64,000 nucleotides of DNA from Ruditapes philippinarum. Its lineage: Eukaryota. Shown piece after piece: positions 12,462 to 25,198 of this stretch (position 1 is its first letter; every line of letters begins with the position of its first letter). Location of the stretch: assembly GCF_026571515.1 (NCBI RefSeq), contig NW_026856799.1:62001-126000 (forward strand), in the 5' to 3' direction. The notes beneath the pieces were generated by a model. It searched no databases. It was not told where the DNA came from and worked only from the letters and a program-made list of their open reading frames with translations. Position numbers and translations under genes: made by a program.

Positions 12462-14046
12462 TACCCCGGTCACATATTCACGGAAAACGCTCACGGAAGA
12501 GCCACGGATTAATTCCGGCATCGTCCGTAGTTACCCGTACTGGTCAGTAGCTCTCCGTATTGTAACCGTGATCAATCGTAGTAGTCCTTGTATATCCAAA
12601 GCGATCCTTGACAATTTTTGAACATGCACAAAAATTTGCTACGGAAAAATCAACCGTAGCGTATCCCTTTTAGTCCGTATTAAACCGTACTGATACGTAC
12701 TGGTCCGTACGAAAACCGTACTAGTCCGTACTGATCCGTAGGCCCCAACTCGGCCACGGTTTGGTACGGAGAACTACGTGTTTGTACGATTATCCTACGT
12801 ATAAGCTACGGTTTTAATACGGATTAATACGGCATTATCACGGAAAGCCACGATCGTAATACGCTGTACTACGGAGAGGCAGGGATAAGCACGGTCTTTT
12901 ACGGTTTATTGCGTGGCATCACGAAACGGTACGAAATGGTACGGTCAACCACTGTTTAGTACGGATAAATTAAGTATCATGTACTTTTTCAAGGGTATAA
13001 ATACCAACTGCTTGTTAAAAACAGATATTTGTGTGAACATTCAATAAATGATAATTGCCTGGCTGCAACTGTATATTGATATTGCTCAGAATGCGGAGGC
13101 AGTAGTCGAGCTGTTTGATGACATGAATAGAGATAAAAATATGTTAATATCGTACTACAATTAATAAGTAATATAATAACATTTTAATGTAACATATTTT
13201 ACAAAACATTGAATTGTGAAATTGGAGTAAATATTTACATAAAACGAAGTGTCTCATAAGCCTCGAACGCTGGCCCTTGAATGATACTGACTAAGATTAA
13301 TTAACACAAGCATTTCACATATTCCTAAAACATGAACATTCACGATAATAATGTAATTGTAAAATGACCAGCACATTTTAATTCAAAAGAGAAGCAGTAT
13401 TGATCAACATTTTGCATTAATGATAACTAGTCCATATCTAATCCGGTAAGAGAAGACAGAGGTGATGGTTGACTAGAGATGGGCTTTTCCGAAGACCCCT
13501 TCATGTTTAGTATAAGGCTCTCGTGGCCGAACTTCGAGGATCCGGCGTCCTTCAAGAAATTCACTATAATCGGACCTGGTATGCCTCGGGGGTCGGACGA
13601 TGAGACCGAATCCTTCCGCCAAAATAATTGAACTCTGCAATTCGTTTTCTAGGTGTTCTTTTCTTGTGAGACATTGAGCATGCAAGAGGTTGTGGACGGA
13701 TATAATAGGTCCGTAAAGATCCGTGGCAATTCGTTCTTCTCCGTATTAATTCGTTCTTCTCCGTATCAGACCGTACTAATTCGTACTAACCCGTGCTTAT
13801 ACCGTAGCAGACCGTAGTGTATCCGTAGTGCGTCCGTGTCGCTCCGTATCAAACCGTGTCGATCTGTAACAATCCGTGTCTCTCCCGGGGCTTTTGGAGG
13901 TAAATCCGTCGAACTCCGCACTCATACCGTTGTGTGTCCGTACTGGAACCGTAGTGGACTACGGAATTTCACATTTCCGTAGAAATCCGTGAAAAATTAG
14001 ACCGTAGCTCTTCCGTGGCATTATCCGTGAATATGTGACCGGGGCA
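12462..14046. mobile_element. PIF/Harbinger DNA transposon, internal-deletion derivative
   Basis: TIRs T(A/G)CCCCGGTCACATATTCACGG at both ends, TAA target duplication (12459-61, 14047-49), dense subterminal CCGT/ACGG motifs, transposase remnant inside. Confidence 0.88.
13048..13583 (+). pseudogene. N-terminal remnant of a Harbinger/PIF DDE transposase
   Basis: 13448-13583 translates (two stops, one frameshift) to KRRQR*WLTRDGLFRRPLHV*YKALVAELR/EDPASFKKFTIIGPGM, matching the RRRRWWxRxWLxRR..GxYxxLxxELRxEDPxSFxNFxR motif. Putative start MIIAWLQLYIDIAQNAEAVVELFDDMNRD at 13048, with TATAAATA at 12996. Confidence 0.75.
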
Positions 14047-14666
14047 TAAGGCTTTTAAGACATGTTAATAAGATAATGTTGGTGGAATTCAAAGGGTAAG
14101 GTAGACGAAATTCTTCATATTCTATTTACTTAGTTTCAGTGGTATCTGATGCGCAGTCTCGAATATTAACTTTATTCTATTTTAAAATACACGTAGCTTC
14201 AGTCAAATTAATAAAAAAAATGGTTTGGAAATATTTCAATATATCGCATTCGAAAAGAAATTGTCTATCCATGCACACAATTAGACATCTCTATAAATAT
14301 AGAAAAAGGGAACAGTTCTAAAGAACGCCCACAACGCATGTATATGTTGGTAAATCCACCGCCTTAGGCGGAATAAAAATATTTAAACATGAACATATGT
14401 GACTGGGTCACGAACCGCTTCCAATGCTGCAATTAATTGTGAAACATGACAGTTAGCTGCACTAATCAGCAGTCCTGAGCTGTTAAAAGGAATATGGCAA
14501 CTTTCATTATTTCTGCGCTGATTATTAAGAAAATGTGGTGGGAAACGATAATTTATCAAATGTTGACAATTTATTCAACCTGCTTGATTTTAGTAACAAA
14601 ATACACCAAAAAATCATAAAGTCATAAATAAATATTTAGAATTACTTTTTCCTACTAAAGAAGCAA

Positions 14667-16685
14667 CTATTAGTCGGGCATACTCCCAAATCGGGAAACA
14701 AGGGGATTCCCCTTCAAGGCTTCCCGATCAGGCAACAAACGTCTTTTTGAATATTTCATAGTACAATCATTTTGGAATTGACAAATATTGTTCTAATGTG
14801 CGAGATACATTATTTAATAGCAGATTGTTTTACCCTTCACGAGAAAAAAATCAAATGTAGTTTCAACAAAGAATCGTAGCAATGATATTATAATAATCAA
14901 TACATGAAAAAAGAAAACTTTGTGATAAATACTTTTCAAGATATTGTGCAGAAACCATTTTGACATTTAAGCCCCTGTGACCTTGACCTTTGATCTAGTG
15001 ACACCAAAATCAAAAAGGGTCATCTACTAGTTATGATTAATCAATTTGTGAAATATGAAGACTGTGATAAATAGTTTTTAAGATAATCAGCGAAGACAAT
15101 GTGGTCGAACGACGGATAACAAACATATTTGAGGTCCCTGAGACCTTTGCCTTTGATTTAAAGAACCCCACTATCGATAGGGACCATCTACTAGTTACGA
15201 CCAATTAATATGTGAAATATAATGACTTAGTGAAAGATAGTTTTCAAGATAATGAGCTTAAACCTTTCTGACATTTAAGGCCCCTGTGTCCTTGACCTTT
15301 GAACTAGTGACCACAAAATCAATAGGAGTCATCTACTACATAAGACTAATCATTTTGGAAATCTTGGCCCCGTGTTTACAAATATTTAATGATCGGGATC
15401 AAGATCAGGATTATATCTAAATACTAATATTCTTCATTGTGTATCCTCGTAGTTTAAATATCTAATATTAATTTGATAATAATGGACTTGCAATAGTACG
15501 TTTACGAAATTTTATAAGCAATTTATTGTTAATTTTGCAAGATACGGTTATGGCAGAGTTGATCCAAATATTGTTCCTCGTCCTAAAATTGGTCCTCATT
15601 TTGATCCAAATATTTTTGTATTTGTTTTGTTATTTGTTAATTTTATTTCAAAATAGTTTGGTTTATTTGCAAATCATCAATTTTTAACATTCTGAATATT
15701 TACAATTTAAATCTAGCAAAACACACTTTATTTTAGTAACATATAACAATGAAAATAAAGTCAGGATCACTTGATCCTGTTCGTGATCTTTTCTTGGTGA
15801 ACAAGATATTGTGCGGAAACCATTTTGACATTTAAGCCCCTGTGACCTTGACCTTTGACACAGTGACCCTAAAATCAATAGGTGTCATCTACTATAGTTA
15901 TGACCAATTAGTATGTGAAATATGAAGACTCTGTAATAAATGGTTTTTAAGATAATAACTGCGGTCTACCGATGGACAGACCAACCGACATTAGCAAATC
16001 AATATACCCGCTCTTCTTCGAAGTGGGGCATAATAAAAATAACCAGGGCCCGGAACGAATAAGAAAATTGATGTTAGAATATTCGTTTTTCCATGTCCGA
16101 ATAAATTCGAATATTCGTTTTTACAAATTCGGGAAGACACCATCTATGATGCTATCATTTGTATCTGAACTACTACTAGACATATCAGACTCCAAAACAT
16201 TCACGCCATGACTCACATGTTGATTTGTTGCACAGATAACTATATTTGTTGGTGTTGACCCAAGCAATCTCAATCAAGACGAAAGATTTCCAGAATAGAA
16301 CGCGCTAAAATAATAAATAAAACTTCCCGAACGAGAAACATTTAATGGTGAATAGTTCGCTAGATGCCTGACCAGGAAAGAGTGTTTCTAAAACGGGAAG
16401 CAGCTACTTCTTAGTAGATTTGTAAAACTCCACTGAAATTCACTTTCAGATTATTTTAATTTTAGACATTTTAAAAGAAAATGACTCGATGTACCTTTTC
16501 TTTTAAAGTGTGATATTCATATTGAAATGGGTTGAAAACTATAATTATGCACCGGCCATTTTTCCTGAATTATGTAAAAAGAAGGCCAATAAACTTCGTG
16601 AAGGATTTTGACGTATGCTGCCTGATCGGGAAGCCTATAGGGAAATCCACTTGTTTCCCGATCAGGAAGTATGTCCGACTGACTG
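14667..16685. mobile_element. Non-autonomous TIR element (Tc1/mariner-pogo-like) with nested insertions
   Basis: ~75-bp imperfect inverted repeats (14667-14743 / 16610-16685); right end ...GACTG|TA; each TIR holds the internal palindrome cctgatcgggaa...ttcccgatcagg (degenerate in the left TIR). Confidence 0.75.
14920..16036 (+). mobile_element. Helentron-associated element with ~155-bp tandem monomers, interrupted at ~15365-15800
   Basis: Four monomers 'ccctgtgaccttgacctttga...aaaatcaataggggtcatctactagt...gtgaaatatgaagac', then GACC/GACG repeats and a terminal hairpin 'cccgctcttcttcgaagtggggcataat'. Confidence 0.8.
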
Positions 16686-16720
16686 TATAGCCTTTATTAT
16701 CTCTTGTGCATTTTCAGTTA

Positions 16721-18037
16721 TACGAGAGACGGTCAGAAAATATCCGGACTTTTCATGCTCCTCTCTTTCCACGTGCAGCAATATACACACATTATATATC
16801 GGTGAAAACTACATCCATTCGCCATTAACGTGGTCAATTTATTTTCAAAAATAGTTCTGTATACACAGTATTTTGCCCTCTGATATATGATAGGTGTTTC
16901 GTCTATCATGGACTCTTTTTTAGAAGAACAACGCTCTGTTATAAAGTTGCTGGTTGCAGAAGGTGAAAAGCCCTGCCACATCTTTCAGAGGCTTAACATA
17001 AATTTTCTAATAAATGTGTATCACGTTCAACCTTCTACAACTGGGTTTCTCAGTTTCGTGAAGGCAGAACAAGTGTTTGTGAGAGGCCTAGGACTGGGCG
17101 GCTAGCTGAGGCGGTGACCCTAACAATGGTAGCAAATGTTAAAGTTGTGTCAACAAAAATCGTCGAGTAACTTTGGAGGAGGTAGCCAACAAGTTTTGCA
17201 TCGGTAATGCATCGGCACACAAGATTTTACACGAACACCTAGGCATGAGCAAGGTAAGTGCCAGGTTGGTGCCTAGACAGCTGTCCGCAGATCAAAAGGC
17301 AACCAGAGTAACCAATGCAAAAGAACATTTAAGTCGTTATAATCGTGAAGGAGATAAGTTTTTGAACCGAATTATCACTGGCGATGAGATGTGGGTTCAT
17401 TATTCCGAACCTGAGACAAAAGCTCAGTCAAAGCAGTGGAAACGAGCTGGTTCCCCACCTCCAAAAAAGTTTAAGCTGTCTCCTTCGGCTGACAAAGTCA
17501 TGCTTGTTGCTTTTGGGATTCACGAGGAATGATACTTACTCATTTCATGCCAAAAGGTCAAACTGTCACTGCCAAGTACTATTCTGAAGTAATTCTGAAA
17601 AATCTCAGAGAAAAGCTGAAGCAAATGCGTCCAAGGTTATCACAGAAAAATGTCCTCCTTCACGATAACGCCCCCTGACATACCGCCGCATCTACAGTGG
17701 AAGTTATCAACTCTTACAAATGGCAATTGTTGTCTCACCCTCTTTATAGCCCAGACCTCGCTCCCTGTGACTTTAATTTGTTTCCAGAACTGAAAAAATT
17801 GCTTGCTGGAAAGAAATATAAGACCAGGGCGGCTTTGATATCTGCTGTTACACAGTACCTAAAACATAGGTCTACGTCATAGTTCACAGCGGGAATACAA
17901 AAGCTCCCACGAAGATGGCAAAAGTGCGTAGACGTAGGTGGAGAATATTTTGAAAAAGAGTAGAAATATTTTTTTTAAATGTTGAATGGTTTAGAGAACG
18001 AGTCAAAAGTCCGGCTATTTTCTGACTTCCCCTCGTA
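16721..18037 (+). mobile_element. Full-length mariner transposon (irritans-like ends)
   Basis: TIRs TACGAGAGACGGTCAGAAAATATCCGGACTTTT / AAAAGTCCGGCTATTTTCTGACTTCCCCTCGTA, TA on both flanks, 1317 bp. Confidence 0.95.
16908..17963 (+). pseudogene. Mariner DD34D transposase, disrupted by frameshifts and stops
   Basis: MDSFLEEQRSVIKLLVAEG, SARLVPRQL (WVPREL-like), ITGDEMWVH, HDNAP*H, HPLYSPDLAPCDF, LPRRWQKCVDVGGEYFEKE*, spread over several frames. Confidence 0.95.
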
Positions 18038-18074
18038 TATCAGTTAGTAAAGATGCCTTTTGACACCGAAAGAC

Positions 18075-20452
18075 AGCAATTGCCTGGAATATATATTGAA
18101 TGAGATCGATCATATCAATGAATAGATATATCTCTCTTGATCGAATTATATCCATACAAACCAATATGTTATTTGACAATCTACGACTTAGAAAACTTGC
18201 ATGTTTTTTTTTGTTATAACAGATAATAATAAAGATAATATTTATCTTTGCCATTATAGTTATTCAGGTTGGGAAAATTCTCTTTGATTGAATCAAGCAA
18301 TATGGCTTTCTACGCAGCCCATATTATGACAACATATACACTTGTTTTACATCTTTAAGATTCCGGCCTATAAACATTTACCTGATATGTATAAAAATAA
18401 AAACATTATATATTATATAATACTTATTGTTTATTTATATTGTTTAAACCAAAGTTATTATTCGTTAAATAGACTTAAAAATGAAAATGGTGTATTGACA
18501 TGCAAACAACAGCACACTTCATCGCAACAAAATGAAATATGAGAAAGAGTGTTCATTTTATCTCTCAAAAACATGTTGAGTCAAAAACAATATTGCAAAG
18601 ACGTAGCTAGCTCTTTCCAAATTATCAATATGACTAGATATCGTTTTAGTGTTTTGCCAAATAAGTTTTCTTAATTATTTGCATGTTGAGAAAAGTACGT
18701 TGTCTGCTGACAAAACGTATCTTGTTATCGCAGCTTTCATACTTAGTCTATTAAATACGGTACTAAGGGACTTGCGCTTACCTCATCCGTCTACGAACAG
18801 GCTTAAACAAACTGAACCTGAAACATTGTCAATTTTGCTCCTTAGGTCATTCTGAAAGGATCCTGTATTTACTTTATTTCTATATGATATACCTTTAAGT
18901 CACACGCATATAAATATGCTTCATTTTAATACCTACTCTACCTTCTTCACCGATGAATGTTCATGATGATTTCTTCAACTTTCTGTATTTTAAACAAAAT
19001 ATTACTACACTTGTATGTTGAATTTATATTTGGTATTTTTCTCATGATGAGTAAACCTGCTTGTACATTATGTCTTTCGCACCTCAGTGAAATGTATGTC
19101 AATACTTAAGGATTATTTTGCAAAATATTTCAAAACATCTTTTCTGTAATTTTCTGGAATGTATCTGAAATCAAGATGATTATATCTAATTAATAGTTAA
19201 CAGATAAGTCTATCTTTATCGCATTATGTCTTTTTCAAGACAATACGTTATTTGATAATATTCGATTAAGACATATTACATGTCTTTTTATCGTAGAATG
19301 TTACAATGAAGATAAATCTATCTTTGCCACCATGATTATACAGGTTAGAGTAATTCTATGATTAATTCAAGGAGTATGGTTTTCTACGCAGTCCATAATC
19401 ACTTGTTATTCTGTTAAGTACATTTGATGAGAAACAAAATATTATATTTTTCCCAGATAATATGGTATTTTATAAACGTCGGCTTACTTAAACCGATTTT
19501 ATATCTTTTTTATTGTACAAAACTTCATTGAAGATAAAAACCCGTATCTGTAGAAGATTAAAACTTAAGCAGTTAATAGTTGTTTCTTAAACATTTCATG
19601 ATTAAATGATCTCTCATTTGAAGCAAATTCATGAAAAGTAAACTTTTGGTTTACCGTTCTAATCTAAGAGTTCTTTGCTCCTGAAATACAGGTTTTGTTT
19701 ATTTAAGGTTATTTTCAAGAGCAGGTTACTAACAATTAAGCAATTAACACTTCAATTGATTCAAAATTTGTGTTCATAATTGCATTTTCCTGCTGCGGTG
19801 TAAAATATTTCTGAAGAAGTTACTATTACTTCCTAATACTATATGACAATGAAGTATCATTCGGCATGATGATTTATATGCAGTTTGTATTCCCACTTAA
19901 CATCAAACACTTTGCTTTGTACAAGCTATCACAGGGTAAGTGTTTAATCTTGTAACTAAATAAAAGGTTGAATAGGATATTCTGTCTGTAAATATTGCTC
20001 GACACTGAACAAATAATGCGTTAATAACAAAAATGATATCTTACATTTTTTATATTGAAGTACGATGTCGTGCCATGTCATTAATTTTATCTGGCACTCC
20101 ATGTAATAAAATATATTCAATAATACGATTTTTATGATGTCAAAAGAAAATATTCCAAAGACGTTGCTAGTTCTTTCCGAATGATTAATATGTGGGTATA
20201 TCATTTTACATGTTTGTCAGACTATTGCTATCGTGTGGGGTTGCGTTCATTGAACGCCGCATTTCCTTGTTGATCTGATCTTGTTTATCATATTTTAACC
20301 TTTTGCTGTGAAAGTAAGCCGTCTGTTGATAACAACATTTCATATCGGAAATGAGCTATTGTTCTCTTATTCTATACACATATAATAGTATCATGTTACA
20401 AGGTTATCAAATATGAAAATTTCATACCACAAGATGAAAGTAAATCCTGTAT
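18075..20452. repeat. Old tandem duplication (18075-18870 ~ 19145-20452)
   Basis: Colinear shared blocks: 'tatctttgcca..at..ttat.caggtt', 'tatgg.tttctacgcag.ccata', 'aatatt.caaagacgt.gctag.tctttcc', 'tcctgtattt'. Confidence 0.75.
18755..18853 (+). mobile_element. Degenerate fragment of the CTAG-terminal element (family of 30529-32265)
   Basis: 'ccgtctacgaacaggcttaaacaaactgaacctgaaacattgtcaattttg' aligns to 31023-31075. Confidence 0.6.
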
Positions 20453-20950
20453 TTGTTTTTTAAAAAAAAATATGTTTATTATATACATTTTTTCTTATTT
20501 TCGACCTTACAATTTGAAATATTTCCCCTTAGATTTTGTGTATTAGGTGAATTAAGAATAAATATGTCTGCAAGACATTAGTGAAAATACGGAAAATATG
20601 TTTAACTGCAGTGAAAATTTTTCTTACACTGAAAAACAAAACGGACAATGAAAATACGCACATGTCATTAATATGTCTCAATATTTCAGCGTGAAATATA
20701 ACGACATATGTATGTAAGAGTATATATTTTATATTGCTTCTTTTATAAACTCTTAAGCAACAATTGCATTTTGCTTTCACTTAATATATTGGTTGTGTTA
20801 CGACTTTATTTAAGGTATGATTATTATCTGATATCTCAATTTTAATTATCTTAATGTAATATTTAAACTATTTGTATCTGTTTCAAATATTATTTAAGTT
20901 TGATAATATATTGTGTATGATGTTTTCGCTTGTTTTTAAAAAGTCTGGTA

Positions 20951-20980
20951 TAATTATAATAATAATAATAAAAATAATAA

Positions 20981-21011
<31 letters not shown>

Positions 21012-21090
21012 AATAATCACCATCATCATCATCATCAACATCAACATCATCATCATCATAATAATTATGATAATAATCATAATGATAATA
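20951..21090. repeat. Compound (AAT)n/(ATC)n microsatellite
   Basis: Visible trinucleotide runs; source of the poly-I/Y/D/M ORFs. Confidence 0.95.
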
Positions 21091-23405
21091 CACTGATATC
21101 ATTGTAAAAGAAAATTCCAAAATGATAAAAATGGAATAAGAAAAGAACAGTATACATGAATACGGAGACAAGCTCACTTTATTAGGAATGATTTTATTGC
21201 CAATGCAAATATCTCCGTATTAAGGAGCGTTATATCTGATAACATATCCATCCGAAATAAAATCAACCTAGTTTATTACAGAGTAAGATACGTTTTTAGC
21301 TAGAAATGAAATAGCATTAGTGTAATGGAGATTAGTCTTATTAAGGCAAAAACTTATTAATTACCATGATAAACTACTTGGCTACAGAAAAGTCAGAAAT
21401 TACGAAATCACAATTTTTGACTTCTTGGCGCTGTAAAAATCTATTTGCTCAATTTTGTTTAGATTAAATGACTCGCAATTATTTTCGCGAAAATCTAACA
21501 AGTACCAATTCCTCCGCAAGTGGCCGAGACAAATGACTCTTTTCTCGCCCGTGAATAATTGAACGTATAAATTCGATGTTCTATCATAAAATAAGGCGCG
21601 ATGAATATTACGTTATTTGTCAAAAATGTAGCAGAATATAAACAAAGTAGTATTTCAACGACCATACAAAAAATCGCTATAATTGTACTAATTGCTATTA
21701 AGTAACAAAAGCAAGGGGTAGTTCAGGCGAGTGGCAAATGGGAAATTAACTATGGCATCAAAAATAATAACTTTTTTTTTTTGATAGATGGAAATAAAAA
21801 GACATATCTTGCGCATAATTGGACTTTAAACGTATTTTTGTGAGTCAAGTGCATATATATTGTTTTATTTTTGGTCGATAAAGTTAAAAAGAGGAACGGC
21901 GCAGTTACTCAAAACATTTAGTAAATTTTATGTGCGTGTATTTCTTCATGCTTGTTTGTTTGTGTAATCTTAGATAAAGTAACTTGGAAAGATATTTAAA
22001 AGCAATTTCAATGTAAATCATTTGCGAACAGTTCCAAAGAAAGTGTTAAAACCTTTTTTCTTGTATTTGTTCCTTTTGTCTCATTTTTAAAAGTTTGCCT
22101 TTTCAAACTTATTATTTTTACATTCAATACTATCATTAATGAAACATGTGTCCAAAATATGATATCATTTCAATACGCTATCCCTGATCAATTTTATGTA
22201 TTAGAAAATTTCTGATTTCATTCGACGTTCTCCAAGTCCTATAAAACGAAAAGCCCTTTTTGCATGAAAATAAGCCGGTTTTCGGTTTAATTTCAGGTCA
22301 AACCACAGCGGTTTCTTGAATGAAAGGTGTGACTGGCGAGGTTTATATTTCTCGCGTGATAATTTCACTTAATGATAAAACTGTTTTAACTGTAAAACCT
22401 ATCACCCTGGGAATATTCAAATGATGTGATTTGATTATTTTTCCTGACCGGTTTTGATAGGGTCTCAGATTGCGCAACTGATACTCTTGCCCTAATTGTA
22501 ACAAGGACAGTGGAAGAAATACACTACAAAATAGCGATATTGTGTCTCTGTATAAATAAAAAAATGCGAATGAGACATTAGAGGCAGAATTTAAATGTAA
22601 CGCGTAAAAGATTACATATAATTTCATTAGAATTTTTAAAAAGTAACTGGTCTTTCAAACTTATTACCTGTTATTCCGATATCCTTTATGATAGACATTT
22701 CACTGTATTTTAAGATGAAAAGGTTTTCTTTTTTATTATGCAATCTTGTAATTTTATTTAAAAAGACTGGAATTTTAACACAAAATATTCCAATGGAATC
22801 AGAACGTTTCGTTGACAACATAAAGTATAGGATTAAAGAATTCCTTGCGTGTTCATATTTCATTTTAAAAAGTTATTCATTCACATTCAAACGAGAAAAT
22901 ATAATGGACCCGCCGTAAACAGAAAGACAGAATCTTATTTATCTTTTATTACAACTAGTCGAGTATCGTGTTATATAAAAGTTTGACCTATTTTCTTATC
23001 TTAATCTTTTCAAAATGTATTTGATGTTCATTTAACTCGGCTACTCTGGAGATGTATGAAAATGACAAATATTTATGTACTGTAACATTTAAATCCCCTG
23101 TTCATTTGCTGTTGAACATGGGAAAGAATGACATCTAACCAAGATAAAATATAAAATAGGACTAGTTGTTATAATTGTTGATTTTTTTACCAAATTAAAT
23201 TATTTTAAAAATTCACTATATTTATCATTCCGTTTGTCTGAACATCCTTACTAATAATTAAGGCCGGTTGTCAAAAACGTCGGTTATCAGAAACACCAGT
23301 TTTCATACACGCCAGGTATCATACACTTTGAAGCGTATCCTAATCACTTTAGAGTCCGCCATCTGTACTGTGCTGACAAGAAACAAGTTCGAAACTGTAC
23401 CAAAC

Positions 23406-23407
<2 letters not shown>

Positions 23408-23437
<30 letters not shown>

Positions 23438-24403
23438 TTTATTTACCGAAGGTAACACATTAAGACATATACAGGTTGCAACATCTTATTTACAATGCGG
23501 CCTTCTAAAATAAAAAAATAAAAACACACACACAAAAGAACACATATCAATCAAAGAAAATATAACATGTAAAAGAAATGATTAAATGGTTATCACAATT
23601 TTAACATATATTAACATATATACTGAACATTCATACAATTCATTTTATTTATCATTAAACATAATACTTTCATCAGTGTATCATTTTAATCTGCAATTTA
23701 AAAAGTAAAATTAACTTACAAATTAACAAAATTAACACAGTCAAACAACTTGAAACTAAGACAGACACCCATTATTAGAAAACATAATAATAAAAAACAC
23801 ATGTATGAATATAAAGAGCGTATCTTGCATATATAATACATACGGACCGTGCTAAAGTTGATTAAATAAGTATTTCTTGAAACTATTTTTAAATATTGAC
23901 AATTTTGTTTTTCTTCTTATAGTCAGTGGTATGGAATTCCAAATAACCATGGCATTAAATTGAAATGTGTCATTAAAATAATTAGTACGTGGTTTGAAAG
24001 ACGAAATTAAATTTCCATGAGATATCGATCTTAGATTATACTTTTGATTATTAGATATGGCAAGTAAGTCTCGGATATATTGAGGGGACATATTATTCAG
24101 TGCTTTATATACTTGGACACCGGTGTGAAAAATACATCTTTTCTTGAAAGGCAATATTTTTAATCTTTTGTATAAATTTTCTGATTGCTTTCTCATTGTA
24201 AGGTCTAGAATGATTTTGCAAATTCGTGTTTGTATTTTGTATATTTGGCATATATATTTTTGTTCTCTTTTCCCCATATATTACAACAATAATCAAAAAT
24301 AGGAAGAAGGTATGCATTATAAAAAATCATGCGAGATTCCTTATTTAAAAAGTACTTTATACGCCTAAATAAATTAACTTCAATTTTTTACACACATCAG
24401 TTA
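23408..24403 (-). mobile_element. CR1/L2-clade LINE, 3' half (ORF2 C-terminus, 3'UTR, (TTA)n tail)
   Basis: TDVCKKL..RRIKYFLNKESRMIFYNAYLLPIFDYCCNIWG..VYKALNNMSPQYI..YNLRS..PRTNY..WNSIP..FKNSFKKYL*; AATAAA followed by (TTA)n at 23408-23443. Confidence 0.9.
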
Positions 24404-24527
24404 CTAGTAAATGTACGGGGAGACTTTTTACGGCCGCCACACGGCACAAATAACACTGATGTGACCATAAAATAGAGAAAAACAGAATCCCTAAAGAAAG
24501 CTCAACACGGCAAAATTGAAAATGTTG
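24404..24527 (-). mobile_element. 3' end of the CTAG-terminal TA-inserting element
   Basis: Reverse complement is nearly identical to 31568-31686 and ends ...ccccgtacattTACTAG|TA. Confidence 0.9.
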
Positions 24528-24727
24528 GAAGCCATAGTTATGTAACTTGCCCAGATCATATACTTTGTATGGATTAGTAAATGTGTAAATTATGAAGCCA
24601 TTGGTACAGGTTGAACTTAAGAAAAATCCAACTTCCCGTTCTAGATTAACCTCGTACGGACAGACGGACGGACGTACAGACGGACAGACGGACGGTTCAT
24701 TTACTATATGCCTGGGGGCATAAAAAA
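24528..24727 (+). mobile_element. 3' part of a Helentron-associated element
   Basis: 'gaagccatagttatgtaacttg', (GACG/GACA)n microsatellite, terminal 'tatatgcctgggggcataaaaaa'. Confidence 0.75.
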
Positions 24728-25198
24728 CTTTCAATGATAATATTTTCCCGTCAGGTCGGCAAACTGAAGTTACCGTACGCCTTACAAAATATTAACGCCT
24801 CTACGACATTAAGTAATTATTCTCGTTGACACTTTTTTCTCGGGACACATTTTGTTGCTCTACAGTTTTTAAAATAATGATTTTAGGAATCATAAATTGA
24901 TATAACGTTAGAGTTAACGTTAGAATCATATTGAAAATGTGTAGCTGTGAATCGAGGTAATGTGTCCCTAAAGAAATTATTTGTTTTAAATGTTTCCCTT
25001 ATCAGGTTGTACAGAACAGAAAAGAACATATATATTTGGGTAATGTCTTATGGGTATATCATCTTCATATTTTTTTCAAGATTTTTGACACCTGTATCAA
25101 ACCAATTTTATGTTACGGTTCAGAAGTATGGGGATATCAATATAGTTCCAAAATTGAATCTATACATAATCAATTCTGTAGAATTTTTTTTTAATTAC

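Noticed and set aside
18782-18817. Apparent minus-strand exon with perfect splice sites (FSLFKPVRRRMR)
   Set aside because: It lies inside a degenerate copy of the CTAG-terminal repeat, so the signals are probably incidental.
20872-21177. Poly-I/M/Y/D ORFs
   Set aside because: Translations of a trinucleotide microsatellite.
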